In this document: positions 61,864-64,000 of the stretch, piece by piece | How positions within the stretch are numbered: position 1 is the first letter of the stretch | How the letters are laid out: every line of letters starts with the position of its first letter | Source of the DNA: a virus | UHGV virus genome: UHGV-0370399 | Reading direction: 5' to 3' (one strand) | DNA length: 64,000 nt | The notes under the pieces: model-generated | The model's database searches: none | The model's input: only the letters and a program-made list of their open reading frames with translations | What the model was told of the DNA's origin: nothing | Program-made: the position numbers and the translations under genes

Positions 61864-64000
61864 ATGAACAAAGTACAGATTATTAAAAAGAATGGCTCAC
61901 TTGAAGAACCTAATATCAAAAAAGTTTTAGCAGCAGTCACAAAGTCAGCTAACAGAGTTGGTTATAAAGAGCTTCCACCAGATGTTACTCAAGCTCTTGA
62001 GTCAGCATTTATGAGGATTCTGGTAAAGTCCACTAAGCAGAATAATTTGCTAATTTCGGTAAATGATATTCACAGTATTGTTGAGGGTGCTTTGGCAGAA
62101 GTCAATCACGAGATTTATGAGTCTTACTCAACATATAGAAATTACCGTAAAGAGGTTGCTCAAAATTGGGATGAGCTTTACAAAAAGACTAGAGACACGC
62201 TCTTCTTAGGTGACCGTGAAAACGCTAACTTTGACAGCAGTTTAATTTCTACAAAAGGTTCAATTATTCGTGGTTACCTGACTAAAGAAATCTTTAAGCA
62301 GTACCATTTAACACCAGAGGAACTTGAAGCCATTGAAAAAGGGTTTATCTATATCCACGATTTAAGAGACCTGATTTTTGGCGGCATTAACTGTTGCTTG
62401 TTTGACATTGGTAAAGTACTGAAAGGTGGCTTTGAGATGTCTGGCATCGAATACTGTGAACCGAAGTCTGTGCTGTCAGCCTTACAGGTTATTGGTGATG
62501 TAGTTCTTTCAGCAACTGCACAGCAATTTGGTGGATTTACTTTAGCAGAGATTGATAAGGTGCTTGTACCGTATGCTAAAAAGTCTCTACGCTACCATGC
62601 TGAGAAAGCAGCATCTTACGGTATTCCTAAAGAACATTACCACAATTATGTCATGGAGCAGCTACAGCTTGAATTAACTCAGGGTTTCCAGTCACTCGAA
62701 ATGAAACTGAACACTGTACCTTGTAGCCGTGGTGATTTTGCATTTACAACTTTGACATTTGGATTACTTGACTCAGATATGTCTAATGAAGACAACCGAC
62801 TGCAATACATGATTGCAAACACCATTCTTGATGTTCGCATGAATGGACAAGGTAAGAGTAAGAAGCCTGTTGTATTCCCTAAACTGGTTTATATTCATGA
62901 CCAGAAGAGACACGATGAGAATATCTGTCAAGGCCAACTGTACAGCAAAGCTATTGAGTGTTGCTCTAAAGCGATGTATCCAGATTTCTTAAGTGTATCT
63001 GGTCATGGTGCTGTAGCAGAAGCTTTTGAGCGTTCTGGCAAGGTAATTTCACCGATGGGTTGCAGAGCTTTCTTATCCCCATATCTTAACGAGAATGGAG
63101 AAGAGTTCTACGTTGGTCGTGCTAATATTGGTGCTGTATCTTTGAACTTACCAATGATTTACCAGTATTCTAAAGAGAATGGTTTAGATTTCTGGAAAGA
63201 GCTTGATAAGTACCTAGAAATGATTCGCAGCTTCCATAAGAAACGTTACGAAATGATTGCCAATATGCCAGCAAGTTCTAACCCTCTTGCATTCACACAA
63301 GGTGGTCTGTATAAAGGGACTAAGAAGCCTACTGACAAGGTTGGTTGGGATATTGTGAAGTCCTTCACAGCTTCTTTTGGGGTTACTGCTCTTGATGAGT
63401 TATCTGTTCTTGCTGAAGGTAAACGACTTCATGAAGTTGGAAGTTCCAGTTTTGCATACGATGTTCTGGCATACATTAACATGAAAACTGAAGAGTTTAA
63501 GAATGAAGATGGCTTCCTGTATGCAGTATATGGCACTCCAGCAGAGTCATTGTGTGGAACTCAGCTAAAACAGTTCAGAGATATGTTTGGTGTTATTAAA
63601 GGCGTTTCTGACAAGGAATACTTTACAAACAGTTTCCATATGAATGTTGCAGCAAACATCTCACCATTTGAGAAGCAGGACTTAGAAGAGCCATTCTTCC
63701 ATATCTGTAGAGGTGGCAGAATCCAGTATGTAAGGGTAGCTAACCCAGAAAACTTACCAGCACTTAAAAGTTGTATTACCAGAGGGATGTTGAAGGGTTT
63801 TTATCAGGGGCTTAACTTTGACTTAGCAATCTGTGAACATTGTGGTAACAGACCAAAGGCTGATGTTGAAGAATGTGAGGTTTGTCATTCACATGATATC
63901 TCTGTGATTAACAGGGTGTGCGGATATCTGGGATGGACTAAGATTAAAGGTGAATCCCGAATGAACGATGCAAAAATCGCTGAGATTCGTGATAGAATAT
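61864..64000 (+). CDS. nrdD: anaerobic ribonucleoside-triphosphate reductase (class III), 3' end truncated by the window edge
   Basis: N-terminal ATP-cone (VQIIKKNGSLEEPNIKKV), C-terminal zinc ribbon (CEHCGN...CEVCHSH) and glycyl-radical motif RVCGYLG; ORF open to the window end. Confidence 0.85.
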   Translation, partial: MNKVQIIKKNGSLEEPNIKKVLAAVTKSANRVGYKELPPDVTQALESAFMRILVKSTKQNNLLISVNDIHSIVEGALAEVNHEIYESYSTYRNYRKEVAQNWDELYKKTRDTLFLGDRENANFDSSLISTKGSIIRGYLTKEIFKQYHLTPEELEAIEKGFIYIHDLRDLIFGGINCCLFDIGKVLKGGFEMSGIEYCEPKSVLSALQVIGDVVLSATAQQFGGFTLAEIDKVLVPYAKKSLRYHAEKAASYGIPKEHYHNYVMEQLQLELTQGFQSLEMKLNTVPCSRGDFAFTTLTFGLLDSDMSNEDNRLQYMIANTILDVRMNGQGKSKKPVVFPKLVYIHDQKRHDENICQGQLYSKAIECCSKAMYPDFLSVSGHGAVAEAFERSGKVISPMGCRAFLSPYLNENGEEFYVGRANIGAVSLNLPMIYQYSKENGLDFWKELDKYLEMIRSFHKKRYEMIANMPASSNPLAFTQGGLYKGTKKPTDKVGWDIVKSFTASFGVTALDELSVLAEGKRLHEVGSSSFAYDVLAYINMKTEEFKNEDGFLYAVYGTPAESLCGTQLKQFRDMFGVIKGVSDKEYFTNSFHMNVAANISPFEKQDLEEPFFHICRGGRIQYVRVANPENLPALKSCITRGMLKGFYQGLNFDLAICEHCGNRPKADVEECEVCHSHDISVINRVCGYLGWTKIKGESRMNDAKIAEIRDRI

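Overview
This window reads as a 64-kb segment of a virulent tailed-phage genome (about 39-40% GC by eye, no integrase or repressor seen), organised in four strand-alternating blocks. (1) Bases 1-1400 are non-coding and repeat-dense: a 22-bp tandem repeat array, then TGTTAAG-type iteron arrays in both orientations. (2) 1402-9316 on the minus strand holds about 18 mostly small genes, including a GH24 endolysin and a protein with three tandem Ig-like domains. (3) 9545-38618 on the plus strand holds a Ro60-like TROVE/vWA protein, an array of 16 tRNA genes interleaved with a family of stem-closed structured RNA elements and an HNH endonuclease, then a complete morphogenesis module (large terminase, portal, prohead protease/scaffold, capsid, sheath/tube-like pair, chaperones with a candidate -1 frameshift, tape measure, baseplate, two His-rich tail fibers) and holin/spanin candidates. 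(4) 38656-48188 on the minus strand and 48446-64000 on the plus strand hold replication and nucleotide-metabolism genes (thyA, DHFR, ligase, family A DNA polymerase, T7 gp4-like primase-helicase, SSB-like protein, FEN-like exonuclease, dNMP kinase, nrdA, nrdB, nrdH, nrdD) with free-standing HNH-AP2 and GIY-YIG-like endonuclease genes between them. The gene content and contractile-tail gene order resemble Felix O1-like myoviruses; this is an inference from memory, not a database result. The most interesting signal is the Ro60-like protein sitting next to four paralogous stem-closed RNA elements, one of which carries a circularly permuted tRNA-like module, which together look like a phage Ro60/Y-RNA-like ribonucleoprotein system. 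All coordinates for RNA genes and regulatory sites were derived by hand and may be off by a few bases; no search or folding tool was run.
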